From contig JAPPFP010000009.1 of assembly GCA_028877275.1 (NCBI GenBank), positions 354,889 through 418,888 of the forward strand: 64,000 nt of DNA, read 5' to 3'. The translations under genes were made by a program, and so were the position numbers. Origin of the DNA: Acidobacteriota bacterium. Lineage in GTDB: Bacteria > Acidobacteriota > Thermoanaerobaculia > Multivoradales > Multivoraceae. Positions 27,956-36,574 of this stretch are shown here, piece by piece. The notes under the pieces are model-generated. The model worked only from the letters and a program-made list of their open reading frames with translations. It ran no database searches and was not told where the DNA came from. Each line of letters begins with the position of its first letter. The first letter of the stretch is position 1.

Positions 27956-29215
27956 CGGCTTCGCGGCGGCGGGCTCGTCCGGTCCCGCACCGTTGCCGCC
28001 TTCCAGACGGGTCGTTCCATCCAGGAAACCGGACCTCCGCCGGCTGCCGTCCCAACGGATGTCGGGCAGCAGTACGTCCCGCTTCGACGCGATCCGGTCG
28101 TGGTGCGGCAGGAGGTCCTCGAGCATCGCCCGGAGCTCCGAGTCCATGTCGCGGGTCGGCTGGTAACCCAGGGCCAGCAGGTGGTCGTGGTCCGGGTTGT
28201 AGTGGTGCTCTTCCATTTCCTTGCGGGGATTCTCGATGCGCCGGATTCGCGGATCGAGGCCCATTTCGGAAGCGACGGCAGCGACCTTGGCGGCGAGCTC
28301 CGAGATGGTGTACGTCTCCTCGAACTGATTGAAGACGCGGTAGTCGCCTGCCTCGGGCGGGTTGTCGACCGCCAGAGTCAGGCACTGCATCGAGTCGCAG
28401 ATCGGCAGGAAGCCGCGGCGCTGGTTGCCGAGCCCGAAGAGGGTCAGCGGTTCCCCGATCACGGACTGGCAGCAGAAGCGGTTGAGGGCCGTGCCGAAAG
28501 CCTGGTCGAAGTCGAGCCGGGTGTGGAGCGCGGGATCGGCGGGGTGGTCGGCGGCGCTGCCGAAGAAGCGGGTGCCGTAGACGACGCCCTGCATCACGTC
28601 GGTGGCCCGCAGCCCGAAGATGCGGCACGCGAACATCACGTTGTTGCTGTCGTGGACCTTGCTCCAGTGGTACCAGGAGCCGGCTTGCCGCGGGAAGGGC
28701 AAGCGGTCGCGACGACCGCGGTACTCGACTTCGAAGAAGCCCTCGGGGATGTCGAGGTTCGGCGTGCCGTACTCGCCCATCGTGCCGAGCTTGACCAGGT
28801 GCGCCGCGGGGGCCAGATCGCGCATCGCGTAGAGCACGTTCATCGTGCCCTCGATGTTGTTGCGCTGCACCCAGATGGCGTGGTCCGCGTCCATCATGGA
28901 GTAGGGCGCCGAGGGGCATTCGCCCAGGTGGACAATCGCCTCCGGTCGGACGTCCTCGAACAGCCGGTACACCACGGCCTTGTCGGTCACGTCGCCCTGC
29001 ACCAGGTGCGGACGCCGGCCGTGGGCGGACTCGAAAGCGTCGAGGCGGGCCTCGACGGAGGCGACCGGCAAGGCGGAATGGCCGCCCATTTCGGCGACCC
29101 ACTCGCGGCGGAAGCCGGCATCGATGCCGGAAACCTCGTGGCCGCGGGCAGTCAGGTACTGCGCCAACGGCCAGCCGAGATAGCCGTCGATGCCTGCTAT
29201 GAGAACGCGCGTGAT
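27875..29215 (-). CDS. sqdB: UDP-sulfoquinovose synthase (SQD1/SqdB family). Proposed non-canonical ATC start at 29215; the ORF-track TTG start is 29167.
   Basis: Collinear similarity (recalled) to SQD1: GECPSAPYSM, QRNNIEGTMNVL, HLVKLGTMGEYGTPNLDIPEGFFEV, WYHWSKVHDSNN (catalytic Y-x-x-x-K), RLDFDQAFGTALNRFCCQ, YRVFNQF. The Rossmann loop IAGIDGYLGW is in frame upstream of TTG 29167, only 7 codons after a TGA. Confidence 0.8.
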   Translation of the reverse strand: MTRVLIAGIDGYLGWPLAQYLTARGHEVSGIDAGFRREWVAEMGGHSALPVASVEARLDAFESAHGRRPHLVQGDVTDKAVVYRLFEDVRPEAIVHLGECPSAPYSMMDADHAIWVQRNNIEGTMNVLYAMRDLAPAAHLVKLGTMGEYGTPNLDIPEGFFEVEYRGRRDRLPFPRQAGSWYHWSKVHDSNNVMFACRIFGLRATDVMQGVVYGTRFFGSAADHPADPALHTRLDFDQAFGTALNRFCCQSVIGEPLTLFGLGNQRRGFLPICDSMQCLTLAVDNPPEAGDYRVFNQFEETYTISELAAKVAAVASEMGLDPRIRRIENPRKEMEEHHYNPDHDHLLALGYQPTRDMDSELRAMLEDLLPHHDRIASKRDVLLPDIRWDGSRRRSGFLDGTTRLEGGNGAGPDEPAAAKPSVDEPDAGTADVDHAVGAEAAPLARG

Positions 29216-29340
29216 GTCACCCCCGAATCAAGCAAGTCGATTGTAGGGGCTTGCACGGCGGAACGCTACGGGTAAGGTCCCGTGGTGCTACCTTCCGCCC
29301 TCGTGCTCTGGTCGGGAACAAGACCGCCCCCCACCCCGTC

Positions 29341-30405
29341 ATGAGGATTCTCTACGGAGTGCAGGGCACGGGCCACGGTCACCTGGTGCGGTCGGCGGCG
29401 ATGGTGGCGGGCTTGCGAAGTCGGGGCCACGATGTGCACTGCCTGTTGACCGGCCGGTCTTCGGCGGCGTTCGCTGACCCTGAGATCCGGGCCAGCCACA
29501 CCCTGCTCGAGGGCTTCACCGGCCAGGCGGCCGGTGGGCGAGTGCGGTTGCTCCAGACCATTCGGCAGTTGCGGGTGGTTCGCTTTCTGCGCGACGTGCG
29601 CAGCTTCGACGCGTCCGGTTTCGACCTCGTGCTGACCGACTACGAACCGGTGTCCGCGTGGATCGCTCGTCGCTGCCGCCGGCGCAGCATCGGCGTCGGC
29701 CATCTGTACGCGTTCCACCGGCGGCTGAGACTGCCGGGCCGGACCGGGCCGGCCCGCTGGATGCTGCGCCTGTTCGCCCCGCTCTATACCCCTGTACGCA
29801 CCGCGGTCGGCCTTCACTGGCATCGATTCGGCGGCACGAATCTGCCACCGACGATCAGCCCCGACCTCGTCGCGGCGGCCGCCGGCGGTTCTGCCCGTAG
29901 CGATGGCCGGCGGTTCCTCGTCTACCTGCCCGCGGAGAGCGAACAGAGCATCGTGGAGCTTCTGGGGCGACTGCCGGGTCAGCGGTTTGTCGCCTACCGG
30001 CCGGTGCCCGAGCCGCTGGAGCGCGGCAACGTCTCGATTCGCCCCTACGATCGCGAGGCTTTCGTGGCCGATCTGGTCGACTGCGCGGGAGTCATCACGA
30101 ATGCGGGTTTCTCGCTCGTCAGTGAGGCGCTCCATCTGGGTCGCCGTCTCCTGGTGCAGCCCATTCGCCGCCATCCGGAGCAGTTCCTCAACGGCCGGGC
30201 TCTCACGGCCCTGGGTCTTGGCACCGTCGTCGAGCGGCTGACGGTGGAGGGGATCGAGTCCTGGATCGATACTCCGGAGCCGGCTCCCATGAACTATCCG
30301 GACGTAACGCGCCACCTGGTCGGCTGGATCGACGGTGGCGCCGAGCGTCCGCTCGGCGACCTGGCGTCCGATGCGTGGGACGAAGTGTCCTGGCGGCCGG
30401 CATGA
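29341..30405 (+). CDS. MurG/MGD-type (GT28-like) glycosyltransferase
   Basis: N-terminus MRILYGVQGTGHGHLVRS (G-rich GT-B N-domain like MurG/MGD). C-domain GVITNAGFSLVSEALHLGRRLLVQP. Divergent from sqdB with a 125-bp gap. Confidence 0.7.
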   Translation: MRILYGVQGTGHGHLVRSAAMVAGLRSRGHDVHCLLTGRSSAAFADPEIRASHTLLEGFTGQAAGGRVRLLQTIRQLRVVRFLRDVRSFDASGFDLVLTDYEPVSAWIARRCRRRSIGVGHLYAFHRRLRLPGRTGPARWMLRLFAPLYTPVRTAVGLHWHRFGGTNLPPTISPDLVAAAAGGSARSDGRRFLVYLPAESEQSIVELLGRLPGQRFVAYRPVPEPLERGNVSIRPYDREAFVADLVDCAGVITNAGFSLVSEALHLGRRLLVQPIRRHPEQFLNGRALTALGLGTVVERLTVEGIESWIDTPEPAPMNYPDVTRHLVGWIDGGAERPLGDLASDAWDEVSWRPA

Positions 30406-31208
30406 ACAGACCGCGAGCGGAACGTCCGGCCGATCCCGACCTCGACTTCACACTGGATCACTACCGGGAGATCCTGGCCCGGATTACCTCGACGCACCGC
30501 ACCCTCTCGTTCGGCGAGGCGGCTCCGCTGGATGAGGCGTTGCTCGAGGTGGAGCGCTTCGTCCTGATGCGGCACGACGTCGAGTTCAGTCTCGACGCCG
30601 CCCTGACCATGGCGCGAGCCGACCACGACGCCGGCGTCCGCTCGACCTTCTTCGTCCAGATCGGTTCCGACTACAACCTGTTCGAGGCCGACGGTGCGGA
30701 GGCTGTCGAGCAGATCCTCGATCTGGGGCACGACCTGGGATTCCACTACGATCTCGGACTGCTGGAGCGTTCCGGCGGCGACCCGGTGGCGCTGGCCGGC
30801 CGGGCGATCGACCTGATCGAGGGCTTCTTCGACACGCGCATCCGGGCCGCCAGCCCCCACATGCCGATGCGGTCGGGCCGGACGCTGCCGATTCCCGGCG
30901 TCGTCGACGCCTACGACCCGCTCTACTTCGAGCGGATCAAGTACCTCTCCGACAGCACCCAGGTCTGGCGCGAGGGCGTGGTGACGTCGCTGCTCGACCG
31001 CTACGACCAGATCCAGCTCCTCACCCACGAGTACCACTGGACGGAGGAGGGCCTGGGTTGGGACAAGTTGCTGTTGCTCGAGGCCGAGTTCAAGTACCGG
31101 CGGCTCAGGCGCCGCGCCGAGGCCAACATCGAGCGCTTTCGGGAGGGGCTGCGCCTGCGGGCCGAGCGCGACGCCGCGTTTCGCGCAGGGCGCGGCGGGT
31201 CGAAGTAG
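30402..31208 (+). CDS. Polysaccharide-deacetylase-like protein / hypothetical
   Basis: ATGA-coupled to the GT. Conserved acidic/His blocks (LMRHDVEFSLD, HDAGVRSTFF, HDLGFHYD) reminiscent of NodB-type deacetylases. Assignment is weak. Confidence 0.45.
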   Translation: MNRPRAERPADPDLDFTLDHYREILARITSTHRTLSFGEAAPLDEALLEVERFVLMRHDVEFSLDAALTMARADHDAGVRSTFFVQIGSDYNLFEADGAEAVEQILDLGHDLGFHYDLGLLERSGGDPVALAGRAIDLIEGFFDTRIRAASPHMPMRSGRTLPIPGVVDAYDPLYFERIKYLSDSTQVWREGVVTSLLDRYDQIQLLTHEYHWTEEGLGWDKLLLLEAEFKYRRLRRRAEANIERFREGLRLRAERDAAFRAGRGGSK

Positions 31209-31219
31209 CCTTCGGGTCG

Positions 31220-32152
31220 ATGGATCGGGTGCGCACGGTTCGGGACGTCCTGCTGCGCCCGACGGCCGAGAACGAACTCCCGCGTCTCTCCGAACTGACG
31301 GAGGTCGTCTACGGCGTCCGGCGCGAGCCGGAGGTGCTGCGCTGGCTTCTCTTCCATTCCGGTCCGGGGCCGGAGGTCGAGTCTTCCGTCGCCGAACGGC
31401 ATGGCCGAATCGTCGGCCACGTGGCTTCGTTGCACTGCCGCTACCGGATCCATGGCGGAACGGTGACGGGTGCTCACCGGATGCTGTGGATGGTTGAACA
31501 CGCCGCGAGGGGCAGGGCCGGCGTCCCCCTTGCCGGTCGCACCCCCGACACGGACTTCGAGGTCGTGCTCGGCGGCACCGCCGCCACCAAGGCGATGCTG
31601 GTCATGCGCGGATTCCGCGAGGCCGGCGAAGCGCTCGAAGTACGTCTGAGCACCGCGGCGCCGGGCCCCGCCACGACCAGGCCGACCGGCCTGGAGCTGG
31701 TCAACTTCGATCCTGCCGCGGTCGGCCCGGTCGCTCCTCCGGACACGCTGGTCAATCTCGCCGAGCCCGACCACCTGACGTGGCTGGCGGCCTGTCCGGA
31801 GCACGACGGACTACTGTTCACCCTGGAACGCTCGGGCGAGCCGCTGGGTCCGGTCCTGCTCTACGTCAACCGGGCGAACGATCCGCCCACCGGCCGGATC
31901 GTCCACATGCCGTGGCTTGAAGACGATGCGGATCTGGCGCTGCTTGCCCTCCTCGACCGATTGGGCCGGGAAGGCTGCGCCGAGGCGACCATCCTGACCA
32001 CGGAAGAGGGCCTGTTGCGGGCCACGGAGTCGCTAGGGGGCGAGGTCTTCTACAGGCGTCCGCTCTGGTTCCGCAACCCGAACGGCGCGGTCGAGCCTGC
32101 CCGCTTCTTTCTCACCTACATGGAGGGGGACCTCGCCTACCGGCGGGTATAG
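31220..32152 (+). CDS. GNAT-fold acyltransferase (FemAB/BioF2-like), hypothetical
   Basis: ATG at 31220, 12 nt after the upstream stop. Coding bias. Weak family resemblance only. Confidence 0.45.
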   Translation: MDRVRTVRDVLLRPTAENELPRLSELTEVVYGVRREPEVLRWLLFHSGPGPEVESSVAERHGRIVGHVASLHCRYRIHGGTVTGAHRMLWMVEHAARGRAGVPLAGRTPDTDFEVVLGGTAATKAMLVMRGFREAGEALEVRLSTAAPGPATTRPTGLELVNFDPAAVGPVAPPDTLVNLAEPDHLTWLAACPEHDGLLFTLERSGEPLGPVLLYVNRANDPPTGRIVHMPWLEDDADLALLALLDRLGREGCAEATILTTEEGLLRATESLGGEVFYRRPLWFRNPNGAVEPARFFLTYMEGDLAYRRV

Positions 32153-32158
32153 AGGTGG

Positions 32159-33307
32159 CTACCCGTGCGGCGTCACGAGGTACTTCTCGCCGGTCGCCTG
32201 CTTCGCGTAGACCGCGATGGACGCCGGGTCGAGAGCCTGCCGCAGGGTGATCGTCTTCGCGTAGCTCGACGCGAACGTCGTCGTGATCTCGGCGGCGACC
32301 CGCTTGCGGAGGCGTTCCGAGGCCTCGTAGCCGATGCGGCGCAGGAAGTGGGGCAGCAGCCAGCCGCCCAGGCCCCAGGCCATGCCGAAGTTGCGGGTCA
32401 GGACGGTCTGTCTGCGGTCGAGTCCGCCGTAGATGTAGACCTGCTTGAGTGTCGCCGAGCCGTAGCGGCTGTACTCGGGAGCGTTGGCGGAGAGCGCCGC
32501 CTCCATCGCGGTCAGGATCTGGCCGGCCAGCACACCGCCGCCGGTGGCGTCGAAGCCGAGCGTGGCAGAGGTCGCCGCGAGGGCGGCAATCAGGTCGGCC
32601 ATGAAGGTCTCGGAACTCGAGTTCACGACGTGGGTGGCGCCGATGCCGCGCAGGAGTTCCTCGTGTTCCTGCCGGCGGACGACGTTGACCAGCGGCACGC
32701 CGTCCGCGGTGCAGATCTTCTGGAGCATCTGGCCGAGGTTGGAGGCGGCGGCGGTGTGGACCAGGGCGGTGTGGCCCTCGAGGCGCATCGTTTCGACCAT
32801 GCCCAGGGCGGTCAGCGGGTTGACGAAGCAGGAGGCTCCTTCCGCGGGTGTCGTGCCCTCGGGCAGCGACAGGCACTGCCGGGCCTCGGCCAGCCGGTAC
32901 TCCGCGTACATCGAGCCGCCGAGGACGGCAACCGTGCGGCCGATCAGGGCCTGGGCGGCCGGCGACGAGCCGGCGGCGACGACGACGCCGGCGCCCTCGT
33001 TGCCGGTCGGTATTGCCTGGTCGAGACGACCGGCCACCAGCCGCGCCAGTCCCTTGGGGAGGTCGGCGACTACGACCGGGCCGTGCTCGCCGTTCGAGGC
33101 GCGGACCGTGGAGACGTCGGCCGGACCGAACAGCACGCCCAGGTCGGACGGGTTGATCGGCGACGCCTCGACGCGGATCACGACCTGGTCCGGTCCGGGT
33201 TCGGGTACCGGGACCCTGATCAGCGCCAGTTCGACGGTGCCGCCGCCGCTATCGTCGGCGCGGATCGTGGAGTGGAGTGTCAGGCCATCGGCGGGAAGTT
33301 CGGTCAT
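32159..33307 (-). CDS. MDR-superfamily oxidoreductase (quinone-oxidoreductase/alcohol-dehydrogenase-like)
   Basis: GroES-like N-domain plus Rossmann domain pattern. Confidence 0.75.
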   Translation of the reverse strand: MTELPADGLTLHSTIRADDSGGGTVELALIRVPVPEPGPDQVVIRVEASPINPSDLGVLFGPADVSTVRASNGEHGPVVVADLPKGLARLVAGRLDQAIPTGNEGAGVVVAAGSSPAAQALIGRTVAVLGGSMYAEYRLAEARQCLSLPEGTTPAEGASCFVNPLTALGMVETMRLEGHTALVHTAAASNLGQMLQKICTADGVPLVNVVRRQEHEELLRGIGATHVVNSSSETFMADLIAALAATSATLGFDATGGGVLAGQILTAMEAALSANAPEYSRYGSATLKQVYIYGGLDRRQTVLTRNFGMAWGLGGWLLPHFLRRIGYEASERLRKRVAAEITTTFASSYAKTITLRQALDPASIAVYAKQATGEKYLVTPHG

Positions 33308-33402
33308 GGTCGGTTTCCGGTTGGTTGAGGTGTGAGCGGCGGCGAAGGCTATCGCGGCTCAGTCGCGCTGGACGACTATGCTCCCCGAACGGAGCCCAAC
33401 CG

Positions 33403-33939
33403 ATGACCGCGACCTACCACGCCTTCGACACGCCGATCGGCACCCTCCGCCTGGTGGGCGGAGAGGACTCGATCGATTGCATCGACTTGCCGAATCGGGC
33501 GGTGGAACCAGCGAATCCGGCCTGGAAGCCCTCGAGTGAGGTGCTTCCGGCCGCGCTGGCGGAAGCGAAACGGCAGCTCGAGGAGTACTTCGCCGGCGAG
33601 CGGCAGGACTTCGACCTGCCGCTCTCTCCCCACGGCACAGCGTTCCAGCGCCGCGTCTGGACCGAACTGCGGCGCATCCCGTTTGGCGAGACGATCTCCT
33701 ACGGGGAACTCGCGGCGCGGATCGGCAAGCCGTCGGCCTCGAGGGCCGTTGGCGCCGCGAACGGCCGCAACCCGCTGCCGGTCGTCGTGCCCTGCCATCG
33801 GGTGATCGGCAGCGACGGCCGACTGACCGGCTTCGGCGGCGGTCTGCCAACGAAGCAGGCGTTGCTGGACCTGGAACGGCGGGTGGCCGGAAGGCAGCTA
33901 CTCCTTGCGCCGGTGCTAAGCTCGCGCGCGACTTCGTAG
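33403..33939 (+). CDS. ogt: Methylated-DNA--protein-cysteine methyltransferase
   Basis: PCHRVIG active-site motif and HTH region FQRRVWTELRRIPFGETISYGELA. Confidence 0.85.
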   Translation: MTATYHAFDTPIGTLRLVGGEDSIDCIDLPNRAVEPANPAWKPSSEVLPAALAEAKRQLEEYFAGERQDFDLPLSPHGTAFQRRVWTELRRIPFGETISYGELAARIGKPSASRAVGAANGRNPLPVVVPCHRVIGSDGRLTGFGGGLPTKQALLDLERRVAGRQLLLAPVLSSRATS

Positions 33940-33956
33940 GCAGTTTCCCAGCCCGA

Positions 33957-35351
33957 GTGACCTCCACCTGGAGAATCCGGATGCGCACATCTCGACACGT
34001 GTTCCCCGCGGCCACAGCCGCCCTCCTCTTCGCCGGTGCCGCCCTCGCCGCGCCGCCGGCCACGGAAAACTGGCCGGCTTTCCGCGGCCCGGATGCCATG
34101 AGCGTCGCCGACGACGACCCGCGTCTGCCGGAGTCCTGGAGCACGGAGGAGAACGTGGCCTGGGTCGTTGACGTGCCGGGTCTGGGGTGGTCTTCGCCGA
34201 TCGTGCAGGGCGATCGCGTCTACCTGACCACTGTGTGGAGCGAGGGCGAGGTCGAGGAGCCGAAGAAGGGCCTCTATCTCGGCGGAAACCGGATGCAGCC
34301 GTCGGCCGACCAGCACCACTGGTCGGTCTACTGCCTGGAGGTGGAGACCGGCGAGAAGTGCTGGGAGCGCGAGGTACTGGTCGGGGCGCCGGACTTCCCG
34401 CGCCACCTGAAGAACACCTACGCCTCGGAGACTCCGGTCACGGACGGCGAGCGGATCTACGCCTACTTCGGCAACGTCGGCGTCTTCGCCTTCACGCTGG
34501 ACGGCGAGCCGCTCTGGGAGCAGCGCTTCGAGGTCGTGCGGACGCGCTTCGGGTGGGGGACGGCGGCGTCGCCGGTCGTGCACAACGGGCAGCTCTACGT
34601 CGTGAACGACAACGAGGACCAGTCCTTCCTGATGGCCCTCGACGCGGCGACCGGCGAGGAACTGTGGCGCGACGCTCGGGAGGAGGGGAGCAACTGGGCG
34701 ACCCCCTTCGTGTGGGAGAACGAACTCCGGACGGAGGTGATTACGCCGGGTACCGACCAGGTTCGCTCGTACGACGAGCAGGGCAACCTCCTGTGGCACT
34801 TCGGCGGCATGTCGTCCATCGCGATTCCGCAGCCGTTCTCGAAGTACGGCCTGCTCTACGTGTCGTCGGGCTACATCGGTGACCAGGTCCGCCCGGTGTA
34901 CGCGATCAAGCCGGGCGCCGAAGGCGACATCACGCTGGAGAAGGACCAGCAGAGCAACCGCTGGGTGGTTTGGTACCAGCCCCAGGCCGGCGCCTACAAC
35001 CCGACGCCGCTGATCTACCGCGACCGCTTCTACACCCTGCTCGACCGGGGCTTCTTCACCGCGCACGATCCGAAGACGGGCGCCGAGGTCTACGGCAAGC
35101 AGCGGATCGAACGCGGATCGGGCGCCTTCACGGCGTCGCCCTGGGCCTACAACGGCAAGGTCTTCGTTCTCAGCGAGGACGGCGACACGTTCGTGATCGA
35201 GGCCGGCGACGAGTTCAAGGTCGTCGGCAAGAACTCGCTCGACGAGATGGCGATGTCGACGCCGGCGATCGCCGACGGCAGCCTCTACATCCGTACCCGG
35301 AGCAAGCTGTACCGGATCACGAATCAGGCGGGCGGCGCGAGCGGACCCTGA
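33957..35351 (+). CDS. Secreted PQQ-like beta-propeller repeat protein
   Basis: Signal peptide, then repeated W/Y-rich beta-propeller blades (RVYLTT, GERIYAYFG, GQLYVVNDN, GLLYVSSG, DGSLYIRT). Confidence 0.7.
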   Translation: MTSTWRIRMRTSRHVFPAATAALLFAGAALAAPPATENWPAFRGPDAMSVADDDPRLPESWSTEENVAWVVDVPGLGWSSPIVQGDRVYLTTVWSEGEVEEPKKGLYLGGNRMQPSADQHHWSVYCLEVETGEKCWEREVLVGAPDFPRHLKNTYASETPVTDGERIYAYFGNVGVFAFTLDGEPLWEQRFEVVRTRFGWGTAASPVVHNGQLYVVNDNEDQSFLMALDAATGEELWRDAREEGSNWATPFVWENELRTEVITPGTDQVRSYDEQGNLLWHFGGMSSIAIPQPFSKYGLLYVSSGYIGDQVRPVYAIKPGAEGDITLEKDQQSNRWVVWYQPQAGAYNPTPLIYRDRFYTLLDRGFFTAHDPKTGAEVYGKQRIERGSGAFTASPWAYNGKVFVLSEDGDTFVIEAGDEFKVVGKNSLDEMAMSTPAIADGSLYIRTRSKLYRITNQAGGASGP

Positions 35352-36556
35352 ACGCCGGGGCTGTCGCGGCCGCGCTTTGGTTCGGCCTGACGGCGCTCGC
35401 CCAGTCCGCTGCCGCGGTCGACTTCGACGCGGTAGCGGAGGTGTTCCGGAGCCGCTGCTCCGGTTGTCACACGGAGGGCGGTCCGGCGCCGTTCGCGCTG
35501 CGGACGTTCGAGCAGGCGCGCGCCTGGTCGTCCTCGATCCGCCGGGCGGTCACCTCGGGAGCGATGCCTCCATGGCACGCCGACCCGCGTTACGGCGAGT
35601 TCGCGAACGACCGGCGTCTGCCGGCGTCGGAGAAAGCGAAGCTGCTGGCCTGGATCGATGGCGGCAGCCTGCCCGGGTCTTCTTCGCTTGAGGCAGCGCC
35701 GGAAGAACGGCCCGCATCCTCCCGGAGAATCGACTGGAGCATCGGTGTTCCCGATCTCGTCTTCGAACTGCCGGAAGACGTGACGGTACCCGCGGCCGGT
35801 GACGTTCCGTACCACGGCTACCGCGTGGAAACGGGTCTGACCGAGGACGTGTGGATCCAGGCGGCGGAGACGAAGCCGGGCAACCCGGCCGTGGTCCATC
35901 ACGTCATCGTGCAGGCGTTCCGGGGAGCCGGCGCCGTCCGGGAGAGCCCCGGCGGCGATCCGCGCACGGCGGGGGATCTCGGCGGTTACGCGCCGGGCAC
36001 CGGACCCCTGGTCATGCCACCGGGGGTCGGCCGCCGGCTTCCGGCCGGCGCCGTGCTCGACTTCCAGATGCACTACACGCCGACGGGAAGGGAGGAGACG
36101 GACCGGAGCCGGATCGGCCTGATCCTGGCGGCCGAGCCGCCTCGCCACGAGTCCCTCACGGCGCTCTGCTCGACGCCCTTCCTGTGGATTCCGGCGGGCG
36201 AGCGGGACATCCGGTTCGAGGCCGACCTGACCTTCCCGCGCGCCGCCCGCCTGCTGTCGCTCAGGCCGCACATGCACCTGCGGGGCGACACGTTCGAGTT
36301 CCGGGCGGAGTACCCGGACGGACGCTCCGAGATTCTGCTCCTGGTCACCGGCTACGACTTCAACTGGCAGACGACCTACCGGTTCGCCGAGCCCAGGCTG
36401 CTTCCTGCCGGCACACGGCTTCGCTGCACGGCGACCTACAACAACAGCGACGCCAATCCACAGAACCCCGATCCCACCCGGGACGTCTCCTGGGGACGCG
36501 AGACGACGGACGAGATGATGATCGGGTTCGTCGACTACTACGAGGTGGGGGACTAG
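35348..36556 (+). CDS. Secreted c-type heme (CxxCH) plus copper type-II monooxygenase-like domain fusion protein. Start uncertain: CTG 35348 or GTG 35441.
   Basis: CSGCH heme-binding motif and MPPW. Downstream HH...H...HMH...M pattern (VVHHVIV, QMHYTP, RPHMHLRGD, DEMMIGF) resembles PHM/DBH copper sites. Signal-like AVAAALWFGLTALAQSAAA lies upstream of the first canonical start. Confidence 0.5.
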   Translation: MNAGAVAAALWFGLTALAQSAAAVDFDAVAEVFRSRCSGCHTEGGPAPFALRTFEQARAWSSSIRRAVTSGAMPPWHADPRYGEFANDRRLPASEKAKLLAWIDGGSLPGSSSLEAAPEERPASSRRIDWSIGVPDLVFELPEDVTVPAAGDVPYHGYRVETGLTEDVWIQAAETKPGNPAVVHHVIVQAFRGAGAVRESPGGDPRTAGDLGGYAPGTGPLVMPPGVGRRLPAGAVLDFQMHYTPTGREETDRSRIGLILAAEPPRHESLTALCSTPFLWIPAGERDIRFEADLTFPRAARLLSLRPHMHLRGDTFEFRAEYPDGRSEILLLVTGYDFNWQTTYRFAEPRLLPAGTRLRCTATYNNSDANPQNPDPTRDVSWGRETTDEMMIGFVDYYEVGD

Positions 36557-36574
36557 AGCCGCCGCCGCTGGGGC

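Noticed and set aside
28100-29275. 391-aa plus-strand ORF
   Set aside because: Antisense to sqdB, whose similarity to SQD1 is unambiguous.
36557-36574. GCCTAGGC palindrome between convergent heme/Cu and Gfo/Idh/MocA genes
   Set aside because: An 8-bp self-complementary site in an 18-nt gap. Too short to call a terminator or operator with confidence.
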